A stretch of 64,000 nt of DNA from an uncultured Gemmatimonadota bacterium (GTDB lineage: Bacteria > JAAXHH01). The stretch is from the NCBI GenBank assembly GCA_951812955.1, contig OX638340.1, positions 2,624,001 to 2,688,000 of the forward strand. Reading direction: 5' to 3'. This document shows positions 18,121 through 29,018 of the stretch, in pieces. The translations under genes were made by a program, and so were the position numbers. Position 1 is the stretch's first letter. Each line of letters starts with the position of its first letter. The notes beneath the pieces were generated by a model, which did no database searches, had not been told where the DNA came from, and saw only the letters and a program-made list of their open reading frames with translations.

Positions 18121-18357
18121 CTAGGCGAAGATGATTTCTCTCACTACTCTCTCCGCGATAGCGTACGACAGACGCGATTCAACGTAGATAAAGAACCAAC
18201 CCTCATTGAAAACGATACGATCTACTTTCCGTTCCTCCCCTTCTTCAGCATGGATATCTCCCACGCTGACACTACGCCGGGCGGTAAGGAGTCCTATTCG
18301 AGATTGATCTGCCGACGGGTCTAATTCCAACTTCAAAGACGCGATGTTTCCTAGCAT
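18121..18357 (-). CDS. Hypothetical protein (island)
   Basis: 78 aa; ATG preceded by GGAGG; preferred over overlapping + strand ORF 18037..18324. Confidence 0.45.
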   Translation of the reverse strand: MLGNIASLKLELDPSADQSRIGLLTARRSVSVGDIHAEEGEERKVDRIVFNEGWFFIYVESRLSYAIAERVVREIIFA

Positions 18358-18385
18358 ACCATCCTCCGAAAAGCATGAGTTGACC

Positions 18386-18407
18386 GGCCCCGCCGCGCGG
18401 CGGGGCC
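18386..18407. repeat. Perfect 22-nt GC palindrome GGCCCCGCCGCGCGGCGGGGCC
   Basis: Self-complementary as read; lies just upstream of the minus-strand gene start 18357. Confidence 0.6.
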
Positions 18408-18577
18408 GTGATATACGGACCGTCTATCTGACTCGGATCCGTCGTGTACGAATCGTGGTCCTTACCGTGCAGGTACGGGTGACCTTTACACGGACCGGGA
18501 CGCGTCTCGTACGTACAGGACTCCTTCGAATCCTGGGCATAGTACGACCCTCCATTTTAAACAGGGCCACTTTTTTG

Positions 18578-18606
18578 TTGATTTCCACACGAGGGAGGGT
18601 TATAAT
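18578..18606 (+). promoter_or_regulatory. Predicted sigma70-type promoter (-35 TTGATT, 17-nt spacer, -10 TATAAT)
   Basis: Exact -10 consensus and 17-nt spacing read directly; no + strand ORF for about 450 nt downstream. Confidence 0.4.
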
Positions 18607-18821
18607 ACGGAGCGACCCTCAGAAAGCGCGCCCTGTTGGTCAATCACCTGTGGCCCGGAGTTCCCTATACTTCGGGCCACTTCTTTATAACGGTGTAATA
18701 TACCTTACGCGGCTTCGTTCGTCAACCTGTTTTGCGCATCATATTCTATCGTTTTCTTCCTGCTCCGCCGATCACCGCAACATGTTGTGTGCTACACATT
18801 TATTGACCTAATAACGGGTGT

Positions 18822-18914
18822 TTAGTACGTCGATAACATGCTCTTGCCGGAATCGGCTTTCTGGAGAACCTGGAGCTTGAACTCACGGAAGAACTGACGG
18901 CGTTTCAGGGACAT
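18822..18914 (-). pseudogene. IS3-family transposase OrfA N-terminal remnant (30 codons then stop)
   Basis: MSLKRRQFFREFKLQVLQKADSGKSMLSTY* resembles IS3/IS911 OrfA N-terminus (…RRxFSxEFKLxAVxLV…GxSV). Confidence 0.35.
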
Positions 18915-19069
18915 GGGGTGTCTCCTCGTTCAGAAGGAAGCTTAACTCTGTGTCCCGTTCAACGGTGCAGTACATCATTCCTACCTAACCCCGCTTTGTT
19001 GTGACGTATACTACCGTGTACAAGCTCCGCAAAATTTGTTATGTACGTCGTGTGTAGGAGATTTCAACT

Positions 19070-19483
19070 ATGGAACAAATCGTTCCCCTATTTCTGAAAT
19101 ACGAATGGTGGCAAATAGTTGCGATTTTCCTCGCCTTGAGTGCGCCGGTCGCTGTTTACTGTATTTTTAAAAACTTCAACCTAACAGAATGGCGCAAAGC
19201 TCGAGACGAAAGGCACAGGGAACGAATGCAGTCCTGCTGTCCCCACGCTGAACGTGTATTGCAAGAAAACGGTGTAGTTTATTTCAAACCACTTATAAAC
19301 TCGTCCGTAAAAACTCGCGAAGGAGTCTGTTCCGAATGTGGAAAATCCTTTCTCCACGGCAGAACTGCCGTACTTGACACTGCAGTCCATTACGAAATGC
19401 ATATCGAAACATATCAAGAACGCGCAAAGGAATACAACACACTCGCCAAAAAATACGGTAAACGACTCCTGAACGTTAAGTAA
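19070..19483 (+). CDS. Hypothetical membrane-anchored Cys-rich (zinc-ribbon-like) protein
   Basis: N-terminal TM helix; CCPH…(39 aa)…CSECGKSF… Cys pairs. Confidence 0.45.
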   Translation: MEQIVPLFLKYEWWQIVAIFLALSAPVAVYCIFKNFNLTEWRKARDERHRERMQSCCPHAERVLQENGVVYFKPLINSSVKTREGVCSECGKSFLHGRTAVLDTAVHYEMHIETYQERAKEYNTLAKKYGKRLLNVK

Positions 19484-19740
19484 ACCTGGCCTCTGTTTTG
19501 TCCCACATTCGACAATGTCTACCCTTTTCACTTTACATTCCAAAAAAGCGCCTGACCGATAACAGTAAAGTGTGTATACTTTCCGCAGACATTCCAATCG
19601 ACTTACTTACATTAACCTTATAGATTTATATATAGTTATGTGACGTAATTCGGAACAGTTAAGCAGGTATATACAAACTTGCTTTTTAAACTGCCCGAAG
19701 ATTCTACAAGTCGTTAGACGGAATTCAAAGTAAAGGTATC

Positions 19741-22422
19741 ATGAGTCAAGACAAAATCACATTGGCCCAACTAGAGTCCTTCCTATTTAAAGCAGCCGAC
19801 ATCCTGCGCGGGAAGATGGATGCATCCGAATTTAAGGAGTTCATTTTCGGCATGCTGTTCCTGAAACGGCTCTCCGATGAGTTTGATCAAACGCGCGAAC
19901 AGTTACGCGAAAGGGTCTACGCCCACCTAGAACCCGATACAAAGGCAGGAGTGCTTGAGGATAAAACGTCCTATGGAGAGACATTTTACGTACCCGTTCG
20001 TGCACGTTGGCATGAGGAGTGGAAGGATGAGAATGGCGACTTAGTTCCAGCACTCAAGGATCTTAAGAGCGACATTGGCAATATGTTGAATAAAGCTATT
20101 GCTGCGGTCGAGGATGAGAACGACTCACTAGCAGGGGTGCTGAAGAACAACATTGACTTTAATGCTGTTAAGGGTAAGACGAAGATATCTGATCAAAGGT
20201 GGAAGGACTTACTCGATCATTTCAACCAACCTCAGTTTGTCCTGGTTAACGACAATTTTGAGTTCCCCGATCTACTCGGTGCAGCTTATGAATACCTGAT
20301 CAAGTATTTCGCGGACAGCGCAGGTAAAAAGGGAGGCGAGTTTTACACCCCCGCGGAGGTAGTGCGTCTGTTGGTTCAGCTAACCAAACCAACTGCCGGG
20401 AATGAAATCTATGACCCAGCTGTTGGTTCTGGTGGCTTTCTGATTCAGGCACACCAGTATGTCGAAGAGCAGGGTGAGGATCCCAACAATCTGGCCCTAT
20501 ATGGTCAGGATTCCAACGGCACCACCTGGTCGATCTGTAACATGAACATGATTCTTCACAACATCACGCGTTTCACGATTGAGAACGACGACACTTTGGA
20601 AAATCCTCTGATATTGCAGAATGGTCAGGTTCGAAAGTTCGACCGCGTGCTGGCCAATCCCCCATTTTCGCAGAACTACACCCGCGCCAACGTGAAATTT
20701 ACCAATCGTTTCCGAGAGTGGTGCCCAGAGACAGGCAAGAAAGCTGATCTAATGTTCGTCCAGCACATGTTGGCAAGTCTCAAAGGCGACGGCCACATGG
20801 CTACCATTATGCCTCACGGTGTCCTCTTTCGCGGAGGCAAGGAGAAGCTGATTCGGGAACTGTTGATAGACGACGATGTTATCGAGGCAATCATCAGTTT
20901 GCCTCCAGGGTTATTTTACGGGACTGGCATACCGGCTTGCGTGCTCGTTTGCGATAAGAACAAGCCCGACGAGTTGCGCGACAAAGTCTTATTCATCAAC
21001 GCAGACCGCGAGTATGCCGAAGGAAAGAATCAAAACAAGCTGCGGCCGGAGGATGTGGAGAAAATCGACTTTGTGTTCTCCAACAAACTCGAGATCCCCC
21101 AATATAGCCGGCTCGTACATAAATCAGAGATCGCCGACAAGCACGACTACAATCTGAACATTCGACGCTATGTAGATAATACCCCTAAGCCAGAGCCGGA
21201 GGACGTGCAAGCCCATCTAATCGGCGGCATCCCTGAATCTGAAGTTGCAGCGAAAGAAGATAGTTTCTCTAAGTTTGGCTTTCAGGCCAAAACGCTATTC
21301 TGCCCTGATCGACCAGGCTACCTCGCATTCAGAGAGTCGATTACAGGCAGATCGGTCATCAAAGAGATCATTGAAGGGGATCCATCGATCGTGCAGACGT
21401 TGAAAATACATCGCAATGCACTCAAGCAATGGTGGAACGTAGCCCGTGATGAATTCGCCGAGCTTGAGCATGGCAATCACAGCGGTCGAAAGATGCCCAA
21501 AGTGCGTCATGAGCTTATGAAGACACTCAAGGGTAAGCTCGTTCCGCTATGTGTACTCGACGAGTTCAAGAGTGCGGGCGTTTTCGTCAACTGGTGGCAG
21601 CAAATTCGCTATGACCTGAAGACCATTGTTTCAACAGGATGGCATCATACACTCATCCCAAAAGAATATCTGACCGCCGCGTTTTTCCAGAGTGATGCAG
21701 ATGCTATTGAGGAACTGGAGACCCGTATAGGTGAACTACAGGCAGAATTTGCTGAAGCCGTGGAAACTGCTCAAGAGGTCGCCGCGTATGAGCCGGAAGA
21801 AGATAAAACGGTAACGGCATCGGCCATTAAGACAGCTCTAACGGACCTCATTAATGACCTAAAGGATAGCACTGGCGAGTCGGCCAAGCGAGAGCTTAAC
21901 ATACTCAAGGCACAGGATGTTGCTATAAAGGACATAGAAAAGAAGATCAGGAGCAGCAAAATTTCATTAAAGAATAAGACCATGGAATTGGAAGACAAAC
22001 TCCAACTCAAGCGACTCGGAGGAGATGGATTCAAGAGCGAAAATCAGAGACTCATAGAGGAAGACGAAAGCCAGATTGCATTACTGAATCCAAGCAACAA
22101 AACTGAAAATACAAAGATCAATGCGTTAAATAAAGATATCGCTGTACTTGAGGAACGTATCGCCAAGACCCACGCGGTACTGGAGGCACTCGGTGGTTCA
22201 CTAACCGATGACGAAGCCAAGCATCTCATCCTCAAGAAGCTCTACGACATCGTGAGCACTGAATTCGAACGCTACCTCAATGCAGAGATACGTCACCTAA
22301 TTTCAGGTGTCGAAAAACTGTGGAGTAAATACGCCAGCAGCAGCCAGAAGATAGAAAGCGACCGAGAAATCACGCTCGGCCAGCTCAATGCATTTCTAAG
22401 TAGATTGGGATATATGGGATGA
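19741..22422 (+). CDS. hsdM: Type I restriction-modification system methyltransferase subunit HsdM (N6-adenine), with about 350-aa C-terminal coiled-coil extension
   Basis: HsdM N-terminal domain [24 protein letters not shown]; NPPF catalytic motif ([10 protein letters not shown]); AdoMet motif [10 protein letters not shown]. Confidence 0.9.
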   Translation: MSQDKITLAQLESFLFKAADILRGKMDASEFKEFIFGMLFLKRLSDEFDQTREQLRERVYAHLEPDTKAGVLEDKTSYGETFYVPVRARWHEEWKDENGDLVPALKDLKSDIGNMLNKAIAAVEDENDSLAGVLKNNIDFNAVKGKTKISDQRWKDLLDHFNQPQFVLVNDNFEFPDLLGAAYEYLIKYFADSAGKKGGEFYTPAEVVRLLVQLTKPTAGNEIYDPAVGSGGFLIQAHQYVEEQGEDPNNLALYGQDSNGTTWSICNMNMILHNITRFTIENDDTLENPLILQNGQVRKFDRVLANPPFSQNYTRANVKFTNRFREWCPETGKKADLMFVQHMLASLKGDGHMATIMPHGVLFRGGKEKLIRELLIDDDVIEAIISLPPGLFYGTGIPACVLVCDKNKPDELRDKVLFINADREYAEGKNQNKLRPEDVEKIDFVFSNKLEIPQYSRLVHKSEIADKHDYNLNIRRYVDNTPKPEPEDVQAHLIGGIPESEVAAKEDSFSKFGFQAKTLFCPDRPGYLAFRESITGRSVIKEIIEGDPSIVQTLKIHRNALKQWWNVARDEFAELEHGNHSGRKMPKVRHELMKTLKGKLVPLCVLDEFKSAGVFVNWWQQIRYDLKTIVSTGWHHTLIPKEYLTAAFFQSDADAIEELETRIGELQAEFAEAVETAQEVAAYEPEEDKTVTASAIKTALTDLINDLKDSTGESAKRELNILKAQDVAIKDIEKKIRSSKISLKNKTMELEDKLQLKRLGGDGFKSENQRLIEEDESQIALLNPSNKTENTKINALNKDIAVLEERIAKTHAVLEALGGSLTDDEAKHLILKKLYDIVSTEFERYLNAEIRHLISGVEKLWSKYASSSQKIESDREITLGQLNAFLSRLGYMG

Positions 22423-23618
22423 GTAAGAAATTTGAAACGCTATCGAAAATCGGTCTTCTTCGAATGGGAGAAACGATTATCGCAAAGGACTGTTCTGGAG
22501 ATGGTTTGCCAATCTATTCCGCAAATAAAGGGAACAAGCCATGGGCGCATTCCGACCACTTTAGATGCAAAAATGAAAGAGGCTGTATTGTCATAGGGGC
22601 AAGAGGAACTATTGGCTATCCACGTCTTCCGAAAGATGAACTGTTTGGCGCAACTCAAACCACAATCGTATTTTCTCCTGACAAAGATCATTTTATCCCG
22701 GAATTCCTGCACTACAGCCTGCAACAAGTTGATTTTGAGAGTCTCGGAGCACAGCAGGCAATTCCTATGCTCACTGTTTCCAATTTAGAGAACCTAACGA
22801 TTCGTTCGTTCAAAAAACCTGAACAATCTAAGATCGCCAAGATTCTTACAACGGTCGATCAGGCGATTGAACAGACCGAAGCGTTGATAGCAAAACAGCA
22901 ACGCACCAAGACCGGTCTGATGCAAGACCTGCTCACACGCGGTATCGACGAAGATGGAAACCTTCGCTCCGAAGACACCCATGAATTTAAAGATTCACCG
23001 TTTGGGCGTATTCCGGTGGAGTGGGTAGTGAAAGAACTAAGTGATTTTTGCGACGTAACATCCAGTAAACGCATATACTTACATGATTACAATACAGAAG
23101 GTATTCCGTTCTATCGTTCAAAAGAAATCATCGAACTGGTAAGGGAAGGAAAAACTCTTGGTGGATTATATATCACGAAAAGTAAGTATCTTGCAATAAA
23201 GCGCATCTTTGGAACTCCTAATAAGGGCGACGTACTCATTAGCTCAGTAGGAACTCTTGGAATTTGCTATTTGGTCAGGGACAACGATCGATTCTATTTT
23301 AAAGATGGAAATCTCATCTGGCTCCGTCGATTTCAAAAACATATGAATCGGATATTTTTAATAGAATTACTACCAAGGATGATCAATACCCAATTTGATG
23401 ATCTTGTGATTGGGACAAGTCAAAAGGCATTCACGATTGAGAAGCTTAAGCGTCTCAAGCTTTATTTCCCATCGACCGAGGAGCAGAATAGACTAGCGGT
23501 TTCTGTTCAACAGTTCCAAGCTAAAATCGATTGCGAGATACAAAGTCTGCAAAAACTCCGATTCCTCAAGACCGCTTTAATGCATGACCTCCTCACTGGC
23601 AAGGTTTCTGTCAGGTAG
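22419..23618 (+). CDS. hsdS: Type I R-M specificity subunit HsdS
   Basis: 399 aa with two target-recognition-domain halves and conserved central/terminal helices; ATGA overlap with hsdM. Confidence 0.8.
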   Translation: MSKKFETLSKIGLLRMGETIIAKDCSGDGLPIYSANKGNKPWAHSDHFRCKNERGCIVIGARGTIGYPRLPKDELFGATQTTIVFSPDKDHFIPEFLHYSLQQVDFESLGAQQAIPMLTVSNLENLTIRSFKKPEQSKIAKILTTVDQAIEQTEALIAKQQRTKTGLMQDLLTRGIDEDGNLRSEDTHEFKDSPFGRIPVEWVVKELSDFCDVTSSKRIYLHDYNTEGIPFYRSKEIIELVREGKTLGGLYITKSKYLAIKRIFGTPNKGDVLISSVGTLGICYLVRDNDRFYFKDGNLIWLRRFQKHMNRIFLIELLPRMINTQFDDLVIGTSQKAFTIEKLKRLKLYFPSTEEQNRLAVSVQQFQAKIDCEIQSLQKLRFLKTALMHDLLTGKVSVR

Positions 23619-23644
23619 TTAATCACAGAAGCGGAGAGCAGTAT

Positions 23645-26600
23645 ATGAGTAAAAACGAGTCTCCAGCGCACATTAAACTCGACGAAAGGAATCACGTTGA
23701 GAAGCCAATTCTTGATCAGCTTGAGGGTATGGGCTGGGAGATTATCGACCTCGACAGTCAGCAACTCCCTGTAGATACTCACCGCGAGACTTTATTGGAA
23801 GTTGTCATGTTCCCAGTGTTGCGTGAGCAACTCAAGGTCATCAATCCCTGGATAGAGAACGATCAGGTTGAAGAGGTCGTCAAGCAACTTTCTGCGAGTT
23901 TCCCAGGCACGGGGCTGACTGAGAGTAACAAGCATGTGCTTCATCTGCTGCTCGGAAACACAATCGTCAGTGAAAATCGGCAATCCGGTGAGAATAGCCC
24001 GACTGTGCGCTATATCGACTTCAAGAACCTGGACAACAACCGATTCATTGCAGTTTGCCAATTCAAAGTCCGCATCTTGGGCACGGAGAAACACATCATC
24101 CCGGATATCGTGTTATTCGTAAATGGTCTACCGGTGGTTGTAGTCGAGTGCAAGTCCCCTAAAGTAAAGGATGCCATCCCAGAGGCCATCGACCAGATAC
24201 TACGCTACAGCGAGCAGCGGGGTGACAAAGGCGAGGGAAGTGCTCCACTCTTTTATTACAACCAGTTTGTAGTCGCCACATGTCGCCAGGAGGCCAAGTT
24301 TGGGACGATAACCACGCATATTGAAAAACATTTTTTTCGTTGGGCTGATCCTTATCCAAAAACGCTCAATGATCTCGAGCATGGCTCTGGTACTCCAAAC
24401 GATCAGCAGCGCCTGGTCGCTGGGATGATGGCTAAAGATAACCTGCTCGATCTCATTCGCACCTTCACTCTGTTTTCAACCAACGATAAAGGTCAGACCA
24501 TTAAGATCGTCGGACGATATCAGCAGTACCGCGCGGTCAAAATCGCTGTTAAGCGTCTCATGGAAGGCGCGACCCCACGGGAACGCAGCGGCATCATCTG
24601 GCACACTCAGGGATCCGGTAAATCGCTGACCATGATGTTTATGGTGCGTGAGATGTACCAACAACCGAAACTGGCAAGCTGGAAAGTGGTATTCGTCACT
24701 GATCGGACACAACTCGAAAATCAGTTGAGCGAGACCAGCCAAAGCATTGGGTTCACAGTGAAGACGGCGAACAAGATCAGCGAGTTGAAGGAACTCCTGA
24801 GCACTGATACGTCGGATTTGGTCATGGGTATGATCCACAAATTTCAAGAAGACGATCTTGAAGAGACCTTCCCACAGCTAAACGACAGCCCCAATATACT
24901 GGTCATGACTGATGAAGCTCACCGTTCTCAATACAAGCTACTTGGTGCGAATCTTGACAGAGCTATACCCAATGCTGCAAAAATCGGCTATACAGGCACT
25001 CCGATTGATAAGACAGAGCAAGTCTTTGGCGACTACATCGACAAATATACCATGCGGCAGTCCATAGACGATGGTGTGACTTTGGAGATAGTCTATGAAG
25101 GTCGCACTCACAACGCGGAAGTCTCTGACCAGGAAGGTATGGATGAGGCGTTCACTGATGTGTTCAGCGATTACAACATTGAGGAAAGACTTGCAATCCT
25201 TGGCTACGGTACCCGAAGAGCCTATCTGGAAGCAGAAACAACGATTGAAGCCAAAGCCAAGGATATGATTAATCACTACCTGAAGCATGTATATCCGAAT
25301 GGCTACAAGGCACAGATTGTAGCCACTTCTCGGGAGGCTGCTGTCCGCTACAAGAAGCACGTAGACAATACCCTTGAAGCTTCAATTGCTGATCTGGAAA
25401 AATCAAATCCAAATGGTCTTGATTTGGATCTGTTAAAGTCTATTGAGACAGATGTAGTGATTTCTGGGGAAGGAAACGATTTAAGTCATCTAAAAACATA
25501 CTCAAACCCGACCAAGCACGAGAGTAGCATCAAAAGTTTCAAGATGGATTTCGGTGGTGAAGTTGACGGTCTTCATGGAAACATGGGAATACTTATTGTC
25601 AATAACATGCTTATCACGGGATTCGACGCCCCTGTAGAACAGGTTATGTATTTGGACAAAGTCATTTTTGGCCACAACTTGTTGCAGGCCATCGCAAGGG
25701 TAAATCGTGTTGCAGGTGAGGCCAAGGGTAAAGGCTTTGTAATCGATTATGTTGGGATTGGTCATAACCTAAAGAGGGCAATTGATCTTTATGATAAGAA
25801 AGAAAAGAACGAAATCATCGATACACTTGTTTTTCCTGAAGAAGCATTGCGTGAATTGGAGGATAGCCATGCCGAGATCTTAGCTTTTCGGGAAGCGAAC
25901 GGCTTAGAGGAATTGGCAGACTTGGATGCATATTACGATGTGTTTTATGATGAGGCACTACGTTTTGAATACATGCAGTCTTTCAAGAAGTTCACTAGGA
26001 ATCTGAATTCAGTGTTCCCAGCTAGGCAGGCTTTGGAATACATGGACGAATATAATGTATACGCTGAAATCAACACACTTGCTGGAAAGCATTTTAGAGA
26101 TGAACGATTAAGTATGAAGGGAATCCCACCGAAGCTCCTCGCAATCACAGACAAGTACTTGGTGTCAGAAGGTATACATCAGCAGGTCAAACCAGTCTCA
26201 ATTTTGGACGATTCATTCCAAGAATCTGTTAACAGCCATACACGTACAAAGACAAAAGCAGCTGAAATCGAGCATGCTATTCGACACCACCTAGATGTAG
26301 AATTGAATGACGATCCAGATTTGCAGGCATCCTTTGCAGAAGCGCTTGCTAAAATACTGCAAGAGTTCAAGGACAATTGGAGCAAGGTTTACGAGGAATT
26401 GGAGAAGTTACGACAGCGTATCATCAACGTTAGTAAAGAGCCCACATATGGGCTTAGTCGAAAAAAACAGATGCCATTCTTTCGATGTTACAAAAGGGAG
26501 ATGTTTGGCGAAAATGAGCTTAATGAAGATGAGATTTCACTTCTTGTCGACTTAACTAAGCAGGTATTTTCTGTGATAGAACTTGAGCTGAAGTTGATTG

Positions 26601-26773
26601 GTTTTTGGGAAAGCATTTCTGCACGCAACAAACTAAGGGCTGAAATTCAGAAAAAACTGCTTGGATCTACTTACGCGGCATTACCACACATAGTAGAGAA
26701 AAAAGACAGCATTATCAGCCGCACGATGGAGATCGCGGAGAAGAACAACGATATCATACTTTATGCGGAATAA
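23645..26773 (+). CDS. hsdR: Type I restriction enzyme R subunit HsdR (EcoKI-like endonuclease/helicase)
   Basis: 1042 aa; SF2 helicase motifs (TQGSGKSLTM Walker A, MTDEAHRSQY DEAH box); HsdR N-terminal nuclease region (VVVECKSPK). Confidence 0.9.
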   Translation: MSKNESPAHIKLDERNHVEKPILDQLEGMGWEIIDLDSQQLPVDTHRETLLEVVMFPVLREQLKVINPWIENDQVEEVVKQLSASFPGTGLTESNKHVLHLLLGNTIVSENRQSGENSPTVRYIDFKNLDNNRFIAVCQFKVRILGTEKHIIPDIVLFVNGLPVVVVECKSPKVKDAIPEAIDQILRYSEQRGDKGEGSAPLFYYNQFVVATCRQEAKFGTITTHIEKHFFRWADPYPKTLNDLEHGSGTPNDQQRLVAGMMAKDNLLDLIRTFTLFSTNDKGQTIKIVGRYQQYRAVKIAVKRLMEGATPRERSGIIWHTQGSGKSLTMMFMVREMYQQPKLASWKVVFVTDRTQLENQLSETSQSIGFTVKTANKISELKELLSTDTSDLVMGMIHKFQEDDLEETFPQLNDSPNILVMTDEAHRSQYKLLGANLDRAIPNAAKIGYTGTPIDKTEQVFGDYIDKYTMRQSIDDGVTLEIVYEGRTHNAEVSDQEGMDEAFTDVFSDYNIEERLAILGYGTRRAYLEAETTIEAKAKDMINHYLKHVYPNGYKAQIVATSREAAVRYKKHVDNTLEASIADLEKSNPNGLDLDLLKSIETDVVISGEGNDLSHLKTYSNPTKHESSIKSFKMDFGGEVDGLHGNMGILIVNNMLITGFDAPVEQVMYLDKVIFGHNLLQAIARVNRVAGEAKGKGFVIDYVGIGHNLKRAIDLYDKKEKNEIIDTLVFPEEALRELEDSHAEILAFREANGLEELADLDAYYDVFYDEALRFEYMQSFKKFTRNLNSVFPARQALEYMDEYNVYAEINTLAGKHFRDERLSMKGIPPKLLAITDKYLVSEGIHQQVKPVSILDDSFQESVNSHTRTKTKAAEIEHAIRHHLDVELNDDPDLQASFAEALAKILQEFKDNWSKVYEELEKLRQRIINVSKEPTYGLSRKKQMPFFRCYKREMFGENELNEDEISLLVDLTKQVFSVIELELKLIGFWESISARNKLRAEIQKKLLGSTYAALPHIVEKKDSIISRTMEIAEKNNDIILYAE

Positions 26774-26776
26774 CTG

Positions 26777-27460
26777 ATGAACGTGGACTATACAGTAAAG
26801 CGATCGCATAAGCGAAAGAAGCTGACAATTACAGTTGAGCGTGACCGGCAGGTTGTGATCTCCGCTCCCGAGTCAACTTCTGAGGAGGCAATTAGAAGAT
26901 ACATCGAATCGAAACGCCAGTGGATTTACGAGAAGTTGAATCACCTGCAGAAATACGAAACTCAACCTCATCCGCCTGGTAAGGAATTAGTAAATGGTGA
27001 ATCTACGCTTTATCTTGGCTCCGAGTATCAGATCCAGATTATCACTAGCAGTACGACTGAGATACGATTAGAGCAACGTTTTCTAGTTCCGAATTCTTTG
27101 GCGGGAGAAAGAAGGAAGGTATTTCAAAAATGGTATGTCGACCGGGCTAAAGAGAACATATTACCAAAAGTAAAATCGTTCGCCAGTATGCTCGGAGTGG
27201 AGTTTGCCAATGCGAAGATCATGGATAGTCGCTACCGTTGGGGCTCTTGTACAATCAAAGACAACATCAACTTAAACTGGCGTTTAATTAAAGCACCTAT
27301 GTTCGTAATCGACTATGTAGTAGTTCACGAACTCGCACATCTGATGGAGGCAAACCACACCTCTCGATTCTGGAATATCGTTAGGACGCACGCACCATTG
27401 ATGGAAAAGGCTCAAAGATGGCTTAAAGAAAATGGCCAGATACTCGAACAGGATATCTAG
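26777..27460 (+). CDS. YgjP/DUF45-family metal-dependent hydrolase (HExxH, WLM/SprT-like)
   Basis: HELAH zinc motif in YVVVHELAHLMEANH; 3 nt after hsdR stop; family frequently linked to hsdR. Confidence 0.75.
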   Translation: MNVDYTVKRSHKRKKLTITVERDRQVVISAPESTSEEAIRRYIESKRQWIYEKLNHLQKYETQPHPPGKELVNGESTLYLGSEYQIQIITSSTTEIRLEQRFLVPNSLAGERRKVFQKWYVDRAKENILPKVKSFASMLGVEFANAKIMDSRYRWGSCTIKDNINLNWRLIKAPMFVIDYVVVHELAHLMEANHTSRFWNIVRTHAPLMEKAQRWLKENGQILEQDI

Positions 27461-27525
27461 CGCGCAGTTCGAATAAACCAGTATCAGGTATTAACTGAAT
27501 CGTCGATTCATCCGCTTTTTTTAGA

Positions 27526-27921
27526 TTATCCGCATCCGCACACCAGCGCCTTACCCTCGGTGGCCTGCAGCCCCTCGGTTTCGTAGCCGTCCCGCATCCA
27601 CCAGTCCAGCCCGCCAATTAGTTCCTTTACGTTGAAACCCAACCTCGCCATGTTGAGCGCGCCCTTGGTCGACGCGTTGCAACCGATCCCATCGCAATAG
27701 GTTACGTACAGTGATTTTTTGTTCAGGTCGGCCGTGGAATCGGGATCCATGGTCCGGTGGGGAATGTTAACGGAGCCGGGGATATGCCGTTCGGTGTACG
27801 CTTCGGCGGACCGCGTGTCCACTACGACGATGTCATTGCCCAGGGTGATGGATTCCCACAGGTCGTAGGCATCGATCTCGTATTTCAGCTTACTCTCGTA
27901 GTGGGTAATCTGGTCTTTCAT
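27526..27921 (-). CDS. Single-domain rhodanese-like sulfurtransferase
   Basis: Active-site Cys loop CDGIGCNAS; ATG 27921 with GAGG SD; visibly GC-richer than its island neighbours. Confidence 0.65.
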   Translation of the reverse strand: MKDQITHYESKLKYEIDAYDLWESITLGNDIVVVDTRSAEAYTERHIPGSVNIPHRTMDPDSTADLNKKSLYVTYCDGIGCNASTKGALNMARLGFNVKELIGGLDWWMRDGYETEGLQATEGKALVCGCG

Positions 27922-28271
27922 TGTGCCTCTAACTGGTATGAGCCAAAGTGGGTGGTTCTGCGACACATCTATCTTAGGGAATACAAGAAGCTACCCAGCT
28001 CATTTCTAGTATAACAAATTAGCGTGCTGGATAGTGTATTCGTCTCAATTCTTCTTTAGGTTTATAACGCGGTTGGAATTTCTATACACGGCCATCAAGC
28101 CGAAAAATCCAGTTTATATTAGGAGTTGTGTCTGAAACTTCGGACCTATGGCGGGCATTACTCGCGAGGATTTGTAAATCTTTATATAAAACTAAACTCA
28201 AGTTACTCGCCCAATCTATCGATTAATGGTTTCATCTTAGCAGTTGATGTTTAATCTGAAATGAATGGATA

Positions 28272-29018
28272 TCAATGGACAAGAGCTTGAAACTCTTTCC
28301 CATTCATAGGCTTGTGTTTCGTCCAGCTTCCGCTCATTTCAACCAGGATTCGCTGCATCCATGAGTATGAATCAGAGGTGTAGATTTTCAGCACTCTAGC
28401 TTTGTATTCGGGATGTTCTTTCATAGCTTTAGTTAAATCATAAACCAAGTAACGAGGTGACCAACCAATCATGTGATAATCTAAAGTCTGGATTTGAACT
28501 GCCACCTTTGATACAGGATTGGTTAGTTCCAAGGTTACATACAACGGTTCATCTTCCTCTAATTTACTTAATCGGTTCTTTGCCGGTTTATTGATATGTC
28601 GAGTTCCGTGAAGAAAAAACCGGCACGTAAAGCTACCATCCGCTTCCTTGCGGATTTTCGGAAACACCTCATATGAATCAGTTACACGATTACCTCCATT
28701 AATGGATAGGATCTCAATTGGATCTGCTTCGTCACAGAGATCAAACCCCTTAAGGTAGTCCTCAAATTCTGGCCTCGATCGATTCAGAATTCGATTCTTA
28801 AATAACGGAAACAACTCCTTTGATGTATATTCATGGTCGAAACTAGGGAATTCAACCAGTGGAGCGAATCGTGCTTTTTCCATTGCCCGTTTTGCGCCGT
28901 AGATATAACGAAACTTAAAGAAAGGTTCGTTGATATCGGCATCAAGTCGACCTACGGGATACCATTCTCGGGTTGTTACCTGATCTTGCCAAGCAAGAAA
29001 AAGTGTTCTGAAGTTCAC
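28272..29018 (-). CDS. Uncharacterised 248-aa partner of the HipA-like kinase; N-terminal region weakly HipA-N/HipS-like
   Basis: GTG start overlaps kinase stop (GTGA); N-terminal …REWYPVGRLDADINEPFFKFRYIYGA…FPLFKNRIL… loosely resembles the HipA N-subdomain (V-G-L, F-x-Y, …F.NLLPE…) pattern. Confidence 0.45.
   Translation of the reverse strand: MNFRTLFLAWQDQVTTREWYPVGRLDADINEPFFKFRYIYGAKRAMEKARFAPLVEFPSFDHEYTSKELFPLFKNRILNRSRPEFEDYLKGFDLCDEADPIEILSINGGNRVTDSYEVFPKIRKEADGSFTCRFFLHGTRHINKPAKNRLSKLEEDEPLYVTLELTNPVSKVAVQIQTLDYHMIGWSPRYLVYDLTKAMKEHPEYKARVLKIYTSDSYSWMQRILVEMSGSWTKHKPMNGKEFQALVH

Noticed and set aside
18037-18324. + strand ORF overlapping minus-strand gene 18121..18357
   Set aside because: The minus-strand ORF has a GGAGG Shine-Dalgarno at optimal spacing; the + ORF has none.
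18344-18811. 155-aa Arg-rich + ORF in the island
   Set aside because: Crosses a perfect palindrome and a predicted promoter, is Arg/Thr/Leu low-complexity, and has no ribosome-binding site; treated as non-coding.
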